From Candidatus Korobacter sp. (GTDB lineage: Bacteria > Acidobacteriota > Terriglobia > Terriglobales > Acidobacteriaceae), in the NCBI GenBank assembly GCA_036501185.1, contig DASYAU010000048.1, forward strand, positions 19,382-83,381: a DNA stretch of 64,000 nucleotides, given 5' to 3'. Shown here one piece after another: positions 1 through 7,545 of this stretch. The notes beneath the pieces are model-generated. The model was not told the origin of the DNA, did no database searches, and saw nothing but the letters and a program-made list of their open reading frames with translations. The translations under genes were made by a program, and so were the position numbers. The stretch's first letter is position 1; every line of letters begins with the position of its first letter.

Positions 1-716
1 AAGGCCCCAACGACATCCTCGTTGACGATTACTACGCCGGCGACAAGCACGTAAAAGTCGGTGACCACCTCCAACTCTTCAACCACGAGTTCCGCGTTTC
101 CGGCATCGTCGAAAACGGCAAGGGTGCCCGCAAATTCGTGCCTCTCACAACCCTGCAAGACCTCATGGGATCCACTGGCAAGGCCAGCATGTTCTACCTC
201 CGCCTCGACAATCCCGAGAACGCCGACCTCGTCGTGCAGGAAATCAAATCCACCCCCGGCCTCGAGACCTACACCGCCCGCTCGCTGCAAGCTTTCTTGT
301 CGATGATGACCGTCGAAAAACTCCCCGGCTTTGCCAGCTTCATCCGTGTCGTTGTCGGCATTGCCATGATCATCGGCTTCATCGTCATCTTCCAATCCAT
401 GTACACCGCTGTCATGGAGCGCACCCGCGAGATCGGCATCCTCAAATCCCTCGGCGCCGACAAGCTCTACATCGTGCGGTTGATCCTCCGCGAAACCATT
501 ACTCTCGCTATCTGCGGCATCGCCGTAGGCATCGGCATCAGCTATCTCGCAAAGGTCGCTATCCGCGCCAAGTTCCCGCTAATGACCGTCCAAATGACCG
601 CCCCCTGGATCGGCTACGCCACGCTGATCGCGGTAATCGGCGCGATGTTAGGCGCCATCTACCCAGCCATAAAAGCCGCCCAAAAAGACCCCATCGACGC
701 CCTCGCCTACGAGTAG
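1..716 (+). CDS. ABC transporter permease, FtsX/MacB family (5' end lies outside the window)
   Basis: Frame 3 is open from base 3 (GPNDILVDDYYAGDKHVKVGDHLQLF...), so the gene enters from the left edge. The C-terminal part is a multi-TM FtsX-type permease domain (LKSLGADKLYIVRLILRETITLAICGIAVGIGISYL ... AIYPAIKAAQKDPIDALAYE). Confidence 0.8.
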   Translation, partial: GPNDILVDDYYAGDKHVKVGDHLQLFNHEFRVSGIVENGKGARKFVPLTTLQDLMGSTGKASMFYLRLDNPENADLVVQEIKSTPGLETYTARSLQAFLSMMTVEKLPGFASFIRVVVGIAMIIGFIVIFQSMYTAVMERTREIGILKSLGADKLYIVRLILRETITLAICGIAVGIGISYLAKVAIRAKFPLMTVQMTAPWIGYATLIAVIGAMLGAIYPAIKAAQKDPIDALAYE

Positions 717-780
717 TCAGGAGCCGCGACAATGCACGTTGCAATAACGCGTCCGCCAGCGAGCCCGAGCCTCCAATTAC

Positions 781-862
781 TAATCACTAATCACTAACCG
801 CCAACAGCCAACAGCCTCCTCTTTCTCCTAAAAACAAAACCCGAAACCCGAAACCCGAAACC
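781..862. repeat. Three consecutive heptanucleotide tandem repeats in the intergenic region upstream of the 910 gene
   Basis: TAATCAC x2.5 (781-798), CCAACAG x2.3 (801-816) and AAACCCG x3.7 (837-862), read directly from the sequence. Confidence 0.9.
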
Positions 863-909
863 TTCCTTCCATCACTGCGCCCGACCGTCGCCTCTGCTAC
901 CGTCCCCCC

Positions 910-1410
910 ATGAAACCCGCCGTTCTCCTGCTGCTCTTCACGCTCCCGGCGTACGCCCAGCATTTCTCCGCTCGCTCCGTCTGCCCCGTTTCTCAAATCC
1001 ACCAGACGCTCACCGTCCCCGACTCGCCCGAACACACCGTCAGTCTCGACCAGCGCCAATGCCATTGGCTTCAGCCCCTTGAATTGGCCGGCCAGCGAAC
1101 CTCCGACTACACCACCTACGGCGTTGACGACGTCCACGCTGCCACCGCTCACGATCACGGCTACGCCACGGGCTCAACCTCCACCAGCGCGCAATATTTC
1201 CTCGAATACGATGGCGGCTCCGAGATGAACCACGGTGCCCCCGTCCGTCTCAGCGGCACCTGGAAATTCACCGGCGGCACCGCCTCTCTCTGCGGCCTGA
1301 CCGGAAGTGGCACCTACCGCGCCCAACCCAACGCCGAAGGCGGCATGGAATTCCTCATGGAAGGGAACTACGAGATCATCCGCGATGCCTGCCCTGCCAA
1401 CAAGCCGTAA
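910..1410 (+). CDS. Hypothetical secreted protein
   Basis: 166-aa ORF with an N-terminal signal peptide (MKPAVLLLLFTLPAYAQ) and GC3-rich codon usage. I recognise no family. Confidence 0.55.
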   Translation: MKPAVLLLLFTLPAYAQHFSARSVCPVSQIHQTLTVPDSPEHTVSLDQRQCHWLQPLELAGQRTSDYTTYGVDDVHAATAHDHGYATGSTSTSAQYFLEYDGGSEMNHGAPVRLSGTWKFTGGTASLCGLTGSGTYRAQPNAEGGMEFLMEGNYEIIRDACPANKP

Positions 1411-1457
1411 TGCCTCGCGCAAGCCCGCAACGCTCTTTCCCGCGCAACGCTTTCTCT

Positions 1458-1494
1458 TGTCCTCCAGAGCGCAGCGAAGGACCTGCTGTTTGCC
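1458..1494. repeat. Dispersed REP-like element (tgtcNtccNgagcg...cgaaggaYctNgcNgtt skeleton)
   Basis: tgtcctccagagcgcagcgaaggacctgctgtttgcc shares its ends with the element at 6362-6422 (tgtcatcctgagcg...cgaaggatcttgcggtt). Confidence 0.5.
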
Positions 1495-1496
1495 GA

Positions 1497-1594
1497 TGCG
1501 GAGAATAACCCTTTTATTCTCCGCACAATCTGCGGAGATCCCCCTTGCTTTTGCGGAGAATACCCTCCATAATCTCCGCAGGATATGCGGAGAT
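1497..1594 (+). promoter_or_regulatory. Array of six perfect TGCGGAGA/TCTCCGCA 8-mers (two 42-bp units) ending on the Fic start codon
   Basis: Forward copies start at 1497, 1531, 1552 and 1586; reverse copies at 1518 and 1573. Unit 1 (1497-1538) and unit 2 (1552-1593) each read 8mer-N13-rev8mer-N5-8mer. The last hairpin, ATCTCCGCA-GGATA-TGCGGAGAT (1572-1594), contains the ATG at 1585. Confidence 0.6.
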
Positions 1595-2700
1595 TAACCT
1601 ACATCCACGAGCACACTGGTTGGCCTGACTTTCACTGGGACGGCGCCTCCCTGGCCGATCTGCTTGCCTCTGTCCGCCATCGCCAAGGCCGTCTTCTTGG
1701 CCAGATGGAACATCTCGGCTTTCCCCTCCAGCAGCAGGCCGTTCTCCAGACTCTCACCGACGACGTCCTCAAGAGCAGCGCCATCGAGGGCGAAAAACTC
1801 GACGCCGAGCAGGTCCGCTCGTCGGTCGCGCGTCATCTCGGCCTCGATATCGGCGGACTCAAAGCCCCCGATCGTCACGTCGAAGGCGTCGTCGACATGA
1901 TGCTCGACGCTACCCGCCACTACGATCGCCCACTCACCGAAGATCGCCTCTTCGCGTGGCATGCCGCCATGTTTCCCGCCGCCCGCAGCGGCATGCGTCC
2001 CATCAAAACCGGCGCCTGGCGCGACGATCGCACCGGCCCCATGCAAGTCGTCTCCGGCCCCATCGGTCACGAGCGCGTCCATTACGAAGCTCCCACCGCC
2101 AAGCGCCTCAACGCCGAAATGCGCAAATTCCTTCGCTGGTTCAACGCCGCGAACGGCCAGGACTGGGTCGTGAAGGCCGCCATCGCCCACCTCTGGTTTG
2201 TCACCATCCATCCCTTCGACGACGGCAACGGCCGCATCGCCCGCGCCATTGCCGACATGGCCCTCGCCCGCTCCGACCAGAGCGCTCAGCGCTTCTACAG
2301 CATGTCGTCCCTTATTCAGAAAAAGCGCGCCGAGTACTACGCCATCCTCGAGCGCACCCAGAAGGGAACCACCGACATCACCGCCTGGATGCAATGGTTT
2401 CTCGAAACTCTTGGCGAAGCCCTCGCCGCCGCCGAGCGCGCTTTGCACAAGGTGTTACGCAAAGCCGAATTCCGGAAATCCGTCGCCAATCTCCCGCTCA
2501 ACGAGCGCCAGCGCGCCATGCTCAACCGCCTGCTCGAAGGCTTCGAAGGCAAGCTGACGACGTCCAAATGGGCGAAACTAACGAAAACTTCCCAAGACAC
2601 CGCCGCCCGCGACATCGCGAAATTGATTGAACTCGGCGTCCTCGTCCGCAACCCCGAAGGCGGCCGCAGCACCAGCTATATGCTCGCTTCTGCGCCGTAA
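1585..2700 (+). CDS. Fic family protein (DUF4172-type N-terminus, Fic domain, C-terminal winged-helix-like domain)
   Basis: Canonical Fic motif HPFDDGNGRIAR; N-terminal YIHEHTGWPDFHWD; intramolecular inhibitory-helix motif SSAIEG ([ST]xxxE[GN]) upstream of the core. Confidence 0.9.
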   Translation: MRRLTYIHEHTGWPDFHWDGASLADLLASVRHRQGRLLGQMEHLGFPLQQQAVLQTLTDDVLKSSAIEGEKLDAEQVRSSVARHLGLDIGGLKAPDRHVEGVVDMMLDATRHYDRPLTEDRLFAWHAAMFPAARSGMRPIKTGAWRDDRTGPMQVVSGPIGHERVHYEAPTAKRLNAEMRKFLRWFNAANGQDWVVKAAIAHLWFVTIHPFDDGNGRIARAIADMALARSDQSAQRFYSMSSLIQKKRAEYYAILERTQKGTTDITAWMQWFLETLGEALAAAERALHKVLRKAEFRKSVANLPLNERQRAMLNRLLEGFEGKLTTSKWAKLTKTSQDTAARDIAKLIELGVLVRNPEGGRSTSYMLASAP

Positions 2701-2726
2701 AAACCGCTCCGCGCTTGCCTTTGCCG

Positions 2727-3554
2727 CTACTGATTCAAATGAAAATTGATTTCGACGTTGATCAGCACCGCGACGGGTTCGCCATTCCTCTTCGCCGGAT
2801 CGAACCTCCACGAACGCACCGCCTGCACAGCCAATGCGTCGAACCCGTGTCCCAGCGATCTCGTCACCATTACCGCCGACGCCCGGCCCTGCGGATCCAC
2901 CACCAAGCTGAGAACCTCGGTCCCTTGTAGCTTCTTCTCCCGCGCTTCCTCCGGAAACTCCGGTTCCGGGTCGTACGTCGCGCGCGGAGGTGTGACCTTG
3001 CCGCCTTCTTTGGAAAGCACCCATCCAAACCCGCGCTCTCCCGTGAACAAACACGCTGCCGCCGGCGACAGCAGCTCTTTGTGCGCGGCGTGCAGCAGAG
3101 CGTCGTCGTTCGGCGCGCATGCGGGCGCCGCGCGTTCCTCCGCTTTCAAAAAAACTTTCCAGAAACTCGTCATCGCGGCGTCCATTGTCGGTTCGGGTAA
3201 AGCGATCTCCACCACTCGCTTCACCACGCCTCTCGTGAAAGTCGCGTTCCCGCCGCTGTAATAGATCACCGGCAAATCGCCGGTCAGGACAATCTTCCCT
3301 TGCTTCTGCTCCGCCGTATCCAGACTGAAAAGCGCATCCGCCGGCCCGAACGAGACCTCCGAATGATTCAGCAGCTTGCCGTCGGCCGCGAACTCCAGCT
3401 TCTCCCCGCGATACAGTCCCCGCAGCGTGAGCACCTTGTGCTGAAACTGGTTCTGAATCTCTTCCGCGATACTGCTCTCCGCTCTCAGCGGATACACACC
3501 AAGCACCACCACCGCAGCAATTGCGATCGATAGCAGCATCCAATTTCGCTTCAC
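2727..3554 (-). CDS. TonB C-terminal domain protein (energy transducer TonB family)
   Basis: N-terminal membrane anchor (MKRNWMLLSIAIAAVVVLGVY). The C-terminus, VMVTRSLGHGFDALAVQAVRSWRFDPAKRNGEPVAVLINVEINFHL, is a typical TonB_C fold signature. Confidence 0.75.
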   Translation of the reverse strand: MKRNWMLLSIAIAAVVVLGVYPLRAESSIAEEIQNQFQHKVLTLRGLYRGEKLEFAADGKLLNHSEVSFGPADALFSLDTAEQKQGKIVLTGDLPVIYYSGGNATFTRGVVKRVVEIALPEPTMDAAMTSFWKVFLKAEERAAPACAPNDDALLHAAHKELLSPAAACLFTGERGFGWVLSKEGGKVTPPRATYDPEPEFPEEAREKKLQGTEVLSLVVDPQGRASAVMVTRSLGHGFDALAVQAVRSWRFDPAKRNGEPVAVLINVEINFHLNQ

Positions 3555-3670
3555 GCGGCGGATTGTAAGCTCATTCGCCCTCGCTTTGTACCCTCTTTTC
3601 CGCTACAATTATCCGAGCCTTTCTTCCGCCCCCAAAGGGCTGGATTTCGGCGTAACGCTAGCCGTGTGCG

Positions 3671-3700
3671 TTGACAGTACCCGCTTGGCTTCGTTACACT
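3671..3700 (+). promoter_or_regulatory. Candidate sigma70-type promoter of rplM-rpsI
   Basis: TTGACA (3671-3676), 18-nt spacer, TACACT (3695-3700), about 110 nt upstream of the rplM start. A GGAGAG Shine-Dalgarno sequence sits just before the ATG at 3809. Confidence 0.4.
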
Positions 3701-3808
3701 TAAGGCTTCTGTAGTCCTGCGTTTGCCCGCCAGTGAGTTTCCCAGCGCTTCCGCGCCGGCTAACACAGCGGTTTTCATTCGCGGTTTTCCATTACTGGAG
3801 AGTTTGAG

Positions 3809-4237
3809 ATGTCCACGTATTTCCCCAAGGGGGAAGTTGCGCGCAAGTGGTTTGTCGTTGATGCCGATGGCCAGACCCTCGGTCGCCTCGCGTCCCGTGT
3901 CGCGCGCATCCTTAGCGGCAAGGACAACCCCAAGTACACGCCGTTTATCGACACTGGCGATCACGTCGTCGTGATCAACGCCGAAAAGATCAAAATCACC
4001 GGCCTCAAGGCGAACGCCAAGAAGTATTACCACTACTCCGGCTATCCCGGCGGCATGAAGGAAGAAGAGTTCCTCAAGCGCCTCGAGCGTCGCCCTGAAC
4101 TGATCCTCGAAGAGGCCATCAAGGGCATGCTGCCGAAGTCGAAACTTGGCAAGTCCATGGGCGGAAAACTCAAGGTTTATCGCGGGTCCGAACACCCGCA
4201 CCTGGCGCAGAAACCGGAAGCTCTGGTCAACGCCTAA
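3809..4237 (+). CDS. rplM: 50S ribosomal protein L13
   Basis: [49 protein letters not shown] is the conserved L13 N-terminus; 142 aa. Confidence 0.97.
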   Translation: MSTYFPKGEVARKWFVVDADGQTLGRLASRVARILSGKDNPKYTPFIDTGDHVVVINAEKIKITGLKANAKKYYHYSGYPGGMKEEEFLKRLERRPELILEEAIKGMLPKSKLGKSMGGKLKVYRGSEHPHLAQKPEALVNA

Positions 4238-4268
4238 GCAGATTTCAGAAGGGTAGCGAATTACTCGA

Positions 4269-4664
4269 ATGGCAGAATTGGTTCAATACTACGGAACGGG
4301 CCGCCGCAAGTCGGCAGTTGCCCGCGTCTTCCTGCGCCCGGGTAGCGGCGAGTTCAAAGTCAACGGCAAGGGTTTCGAAGAATACTTCGTCACCGAAGCC
4401 CAGCGTCAGTCCGCGAAAGCGCCCCTGGTGCTCACCGAAACCATCGCCACCTTCAACGTCATCGCCAATGTCAGCGGCGGCGGCGTCAATGGCCAGGCCG
4501 ACGCCGTCAAGATGGGCCTCGCCCGCGCCCTCCAGGAGTTCAATGCTGAACTCCGCGGCAAGATGAAGGCCGAAGGTTTCATGACCCGCGACGCCCGCAT
4601 GAAGGAACGCAAGAAGTACGGTCAGAAGGGCGCACGCAAGCGCTTCCAGTTCTCGAAGCGCTAA
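4269..4664 (+). CDS. rpsI: 30S ribosomal protein S9
   Basis: [21 protein letters not shown] ... [19 protein letters not shown] ... C-terminal [17 protein letters not shown]. Confidence 0.97.
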   Translation: MAELVQYYGTGRRKSAVARVFLRPGSGEFKVNGKGFEEYFVTEAQRQSAKAPLVLTETIATFNVIANVSGGGVNGQADAVKMGLARALQEFNAELRGKMKAEGFMTRDARMKERKKYGQKGARKRFQFSKR

Positions 4665-4677
4665 ACGAAATTCGGTG

Positions 4678-4722
4678 CCCCACTCTACGCGCAGCGTAGG
4701 GTGGGGACTTTCAAAGTATTTC
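4678..4722 (+). terminator. Stem-loop terminator after rpsI
   Basis: CCCCACTCTACGC-GCA-GCGTAGGGTGGGG gives a 13-bp stem with one G-U pair (4678-4706). The tail (ACTTTCAAAGTATTTC) is only moderately T-rich. Confidence 0.55.
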
Positions 4723-4870
4723 ACCCTCGTCTTTTGGTTCCGGGGACGATCAGTGAGCAAGCAACTACCGGAACGAAATCACTCCGCACCCGCATTTTCA
4801 CGGGGCGGGTTACGGAATGGAAATCTAGAGCGCCAGCGGCGCGATAGATGCAATCCAAATAGGAGGTAGT

Positions 4871-5785
4871 TTGGCTAACATCACCATGAAGGAGCTGCTC
4901 GAAGCTGGCGTTCACTTCGGGCATCAGACCAAGCGTTGGAACCCAAAGATGAAGGAATACATCTTTGGCGAGCGCAATGGCATTTACATCATCGATCTCC
5001 AGAAGACGCTGAAGATGTTCAAAGAAGCGTCGAAGTTCGTCTCCGACACGGCCGCTGAGGGCAAACTGGTCCTCTTCGTCGGAACCAAGCGCCAGGCACA
5101 GGATGCCGTCGCTGAAGAAGCCAAGCGCTGCGGCATGTTCTACATCAACCATCGCTGGTTGGGTGGACTGCTCACCAACTGGGTGACCGTCCAGAAGTCG
5201 GTGAAGCGCCTCAAGGAACTCGACGAAATGGCCACCGATGGCCGTTATGAGCTGCTCCCGAAGAAAGAAGTCATCAAGCTCGAACGCGAGCGAAAGCATT
5301 TGCAGGAGAACCTCGCCGGCATCAAGAACCTGAACCGCCTGCCCGACGCGCTCTTCGTGATCGACTCCAACAAGGAGCAGATCGCCGTAAAGGAAGCGCG
5401 CAAGCTTGGCATTCCGGTCGTCGCCGTTGTCGATACCAATTGCGACCCGACCGAAGTCGATTACGTGATCCCCGGCAACGATGACGCCCTGCGCGCCATC
5501 CGCTTGTTCGCCTCTAAGATCGCCGACTCCGTCGCCGAGGGTGCGCAACTGGCCGATAAGAGCATGCTCGAGCACGCCAACGAGTCCAATGCGAAGGAAG
5601 AGGTTCCGCAGAGCTACATTGGCGACGACGAAGAGCACGGCCTCGCTCAGCCCACTGAGGAAGCCGCTGCGGCTCCGGCAGAAGCCGAGAGCGAAGAAAT
5701 CAACATGGAAGAGGTCTTGGGCAAGGGCGTCCGCAAGCAGCCTGCCAGCGAGAACCTCGAAGCCGCCGCGGCGGAACAGAAATAA
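4871..5785 (+). CDS. rpsB: 30S ribosomal protein S2, with a roughly 60-aa acidic C-terminal extension
   Basis: TTG start preceded by a GGAGG Shine-Dalgarno sequence. [27 protein letters not shown] matches the S2 N-terminus. 304 aa; the tail is rich in E/A ([19 protein letters not shown]). Confidence 0.95.
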   Translation: MANITMKELLEAGVHFGHQTKRWNPKMKEYIFGERNGIYIIDLQKTLKMFKEASKFVSDTAAEGKLVLFVGTKRQAQDAVAEEAKRCGMFYINHRWLGGLLTNWVTVQKSVKRLKELDEMATDGRYELLPKKEVIKLERERKHLQENLAGIKNLNRLPDALFVIDSNKEQIAVKEARKLGIPVVAVVDTNCDPTEVDYVIPGNDDALRAIRLFASKIADSVAEGAQLADKSMLEHANESNAKEEVPQSYIGDDEEHGLAQPTEEAAAAPAEAESEEINMEEVLGKGVRKQPASENLEAAAAEQK

Positions 5786-5812
5786 ACCACTTCTTCGAAG
5801 TGCTTTGCTTTT

Positions 5813-5845
5813 GACCCGCGCGCAACCGCGCGGGTCATTTGTTGT
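5813..5845 (+). terminator. Rho-independent terminator after rpsB
   Basis: GACCCGCGCG-CAAC-CGCGCGGGTC (5813-5836) followed by ATTTGTTGT. Confidence 0.8.
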
Positions 5846-5921
5846 AGAGCCTTTGTTTAAGAGCCGCGGGGAGCGCCCTCGGCAGGGTGTTTGAGTCCAG
5901 CGGCCCGGATTGCGAATCTAT

Positions 5922-6338
5922 ATGTCGTCGGCCTTCTATCCCATGCCCATGTTCGTGCGCCTCACCGTGCGCGACGTGGAATTGGCCAAGCACTGGTATC
6001 ACGAGGTCCTCGGCTTCGATACCGTGTTCGACATCCCCGGTACCATGGCACACCTGCGCGGCCGCCGCTACCAGGATGTGCTGATCGTGAAGGGTGAAGC
6101 ACCCAAAGCCGCCGGCCAGGGCGTTATTGTCAGCTTCACCTGGAAAAGCAGCGTGGACGACCTGCTAGGCAAGATCCGGCACTTCGGCGGCAAGGTTATC
6201 GATGGCCCAAGCGACCGTCCATGGAACGCGCGCGAGTTGGTGGTGGAAGACCCAAATGGCTACCGTTTGAGTTTCTCCCGGCCCATCGCCGAAAAAGAGT
6301 TAGAAGAGGTAATGTCCGGCACACAAGCCGGCAAATAG
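5922..6338 (+). CDS. VOC (glyoxalase/bleomycin-resistance/dioxygenase) family protein
   Basis: FVRLTVRDVELAKHWYHEVLGFD ... ELVVEDPNGYRLSF is a typical beta-alpha-beta-beta-beta VOC signature. The start is uncertain (TTG 5910 or ATG 5922). Confidence 0.7.
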   Translation: MSSAFYPMPMFVRLTVRDVELAKHWYHEVLGFDTVFDIPGTMAHLRGRRYQDVLIVKGEAPKAAGQGVIVSFTWKSSVDDLLGKIRHFGGKVIDGPSDRPWNARELVVEDPNGYRLSFSRPIAEKELEEVMSGTQAGK

Positions 6339-6361
6339 GTTTAGTGAGGACTCCACTCCGC

Positions 6362-6538
6362 TGTCATCCTGAGCGGAGAATCCGCGTAACAATGCGGATT
6401 CGGAGTCGAAGGATCTTGCGGTTCGATTTGAGAATTTTGTATCTGGGCACGCCTTTAACGCAGCCCGACCAAGGTTTGTATCAGGGCACGGCTTCAGCCG
6501 TGCCGGTAGCACAGATTTCATAAGGGGCTTTAGCCCCT
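6362..6538. repeat. Cluster of REP-like GC-rich hairpin elements between the VOC gene and tsf
   Basis: Element tgtcatcctgagcg...cgaaggatcttgcggtt carries an internal inverted repeat, AATCCGC-N8-GCGGATT. There are perfect hairpins GGCACGGCT-TC-AGCCGTGCC (6485-6504) and AGGGGCT-TT-AGCCCCT (6523-6538). Confidence 0.6.
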
Positions 6539-6581
6539 GCATATTCAACCAGGATTCCTAAGATCCAGACTGGAAGAGGAA

Positions 6582-7259
6582 GTGAGCACACAGACCGTGA
6601 ACATCAGCGCAGCACAAGTGAAAGACCTTCGTGACAAGACCAACGCCCCGATGATGGACTGCAAGAAAGCCCTCACCGAGGCCAACGGCGACATCGAACA
6701 GGCCATCGTCATCCTTCGCAAAAAGGGTATCGCCTCCGCCGCCAAAAAGGCCGCGCGCGTCACCAGCGAAGGCTCCGTCGTGAGCTACATTCACGCCGGC
6801 GGCAAAATCGGCGTGCTCGTCGAAATCAACTGCGAGAGCGATTTCGTCGCCCGCACTGAGCAGTTCAAAGAGCTTACCCACGACATCGCCATGCACATCG
6901 CGGCCAGCGACCCGAAGTTCGTCCGCAAGGAAGACGTCACCCCCGAGTACATGGAGAAGGAGAAGGAGATCTACCGCGATCAGGCGGCCAAAACCGGCAA
7001 GCCCGCTCCTGTGATCGAGAAGATCGTCGAAGGCAAAATGGCCAAGTTCTACGAAGAAGTGTGCCTGCTCGAGCAGCCCTTCATCAAGGAGCAGACCATC
7101 AGCGTCGGCCAGCTCATCGCCACGACGATCGGTAAGCTCGGTGAGAACATCTCCGTAAAACGCTTCGCCCGCTTCAAGGTCGGCGACGTAGGCGAAACGA
7201 TCGCCATCAGCAAAGCCGCCGAAGGCGGCGAAGAAGCTGCCGCGCCAGTTGTGAAGTAA
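6582..7259 (+). CDS. tsf: Translation elongation factor Ts (short form, 225 aa)
   Basis: GTG start after a GGAAGAGGAA Shine-Dalgarno sequence. The N-terminal UBA-like domain is [42 protein letters not shown]; also [15 protein letters not shown]. Confidence 0.95.
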   Translation: MSTQTVNISAAQVKDLRDKTNAPMMDCKKALTEANGDIEQAIVILRKKGIASAAKKAARVTSEGSVVSYIHAGGKIGVLVEINCESDFVARTEQFKELTHDIAMHIAASDPKFVRKEDVTPEYMEKEKEIYRDQAAKTGKPAPVIEKIVEGKMAKFYEEVCLLEQPFIKEQTISVGQLIATTIGKLGENISVKRFARFKVGDVGETIAISKAAEGGEEAAAPVVK

Positions 7260-7275
7260 ATTCTTCGAGAAATGA

Positions 7276-7307
7276 ATGAGGGTGGCCATGCCGCCCTCAT
7301 TTTTTTG
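7276..7307 (+). terminator. Rho-independent terminator after tsf
   Basis: ATGAGGGTGGC-CAT-GCCGCCCTCAT (one G-U pair) followed by TTTTTTTG. Confidence 0.85.
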
Positions 7308-7506
7308 TCATTGCTAGGCGCCGTTTTCGCGCCGCGGCAACCCCGAAGATGCTTCCGTCGAAGCGTATGTAAACCGGCTTTTCGAGATCAGTGGCCGAAG
7401 TCGGGCCCATCAGCCACCCGCGCCATCGGTCATCCGGCCCTGTCGCGAATTGCCCGTTCGCGGCTTGTAATCTGGCCCGCCAATCCTGCTATCATTCCTC
7501 CACTGG

Positions 7507-7545
7507 CCGCGAAGGGTCGTACCCCTTCGCGGTTGTTTGCTTCGT
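7507..7545 (+). terminator. Terminator-like hairpin abutting the histidine-kinase start codon
   Basis: CCGCGAAGGG-TCGTAC-CCCTTCGCGG gives a 10-bp perfect stem (7507-7532). It is followed by TTGTTTGCTTCGT and then the ATG at 7546. Confidence 0.45.

Noticed and set aside
1497-1594. The repeated 8-mers as a mini-CRISPR array or as terminal inverted repeats of a MITE
   Set aside because: The units are 8-11 bp with 5-13 bp spacers, far below CRISPR dimensions, and there are no cas genes. No target-site duplication or transposase is present, and the last copy is part of the Fic coding sequence.
910-2700. Fic gene as the toxin of a FicT/FicA-type toxin-antitoxin pair
   Set aside because: No small antitoxin ORF is adjacent. 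The upstream 166-aa gene has a signal peptide and is 175 bp away. The inhibitory [ST]xxxE[GN] motif is inside the Fic protein itself.
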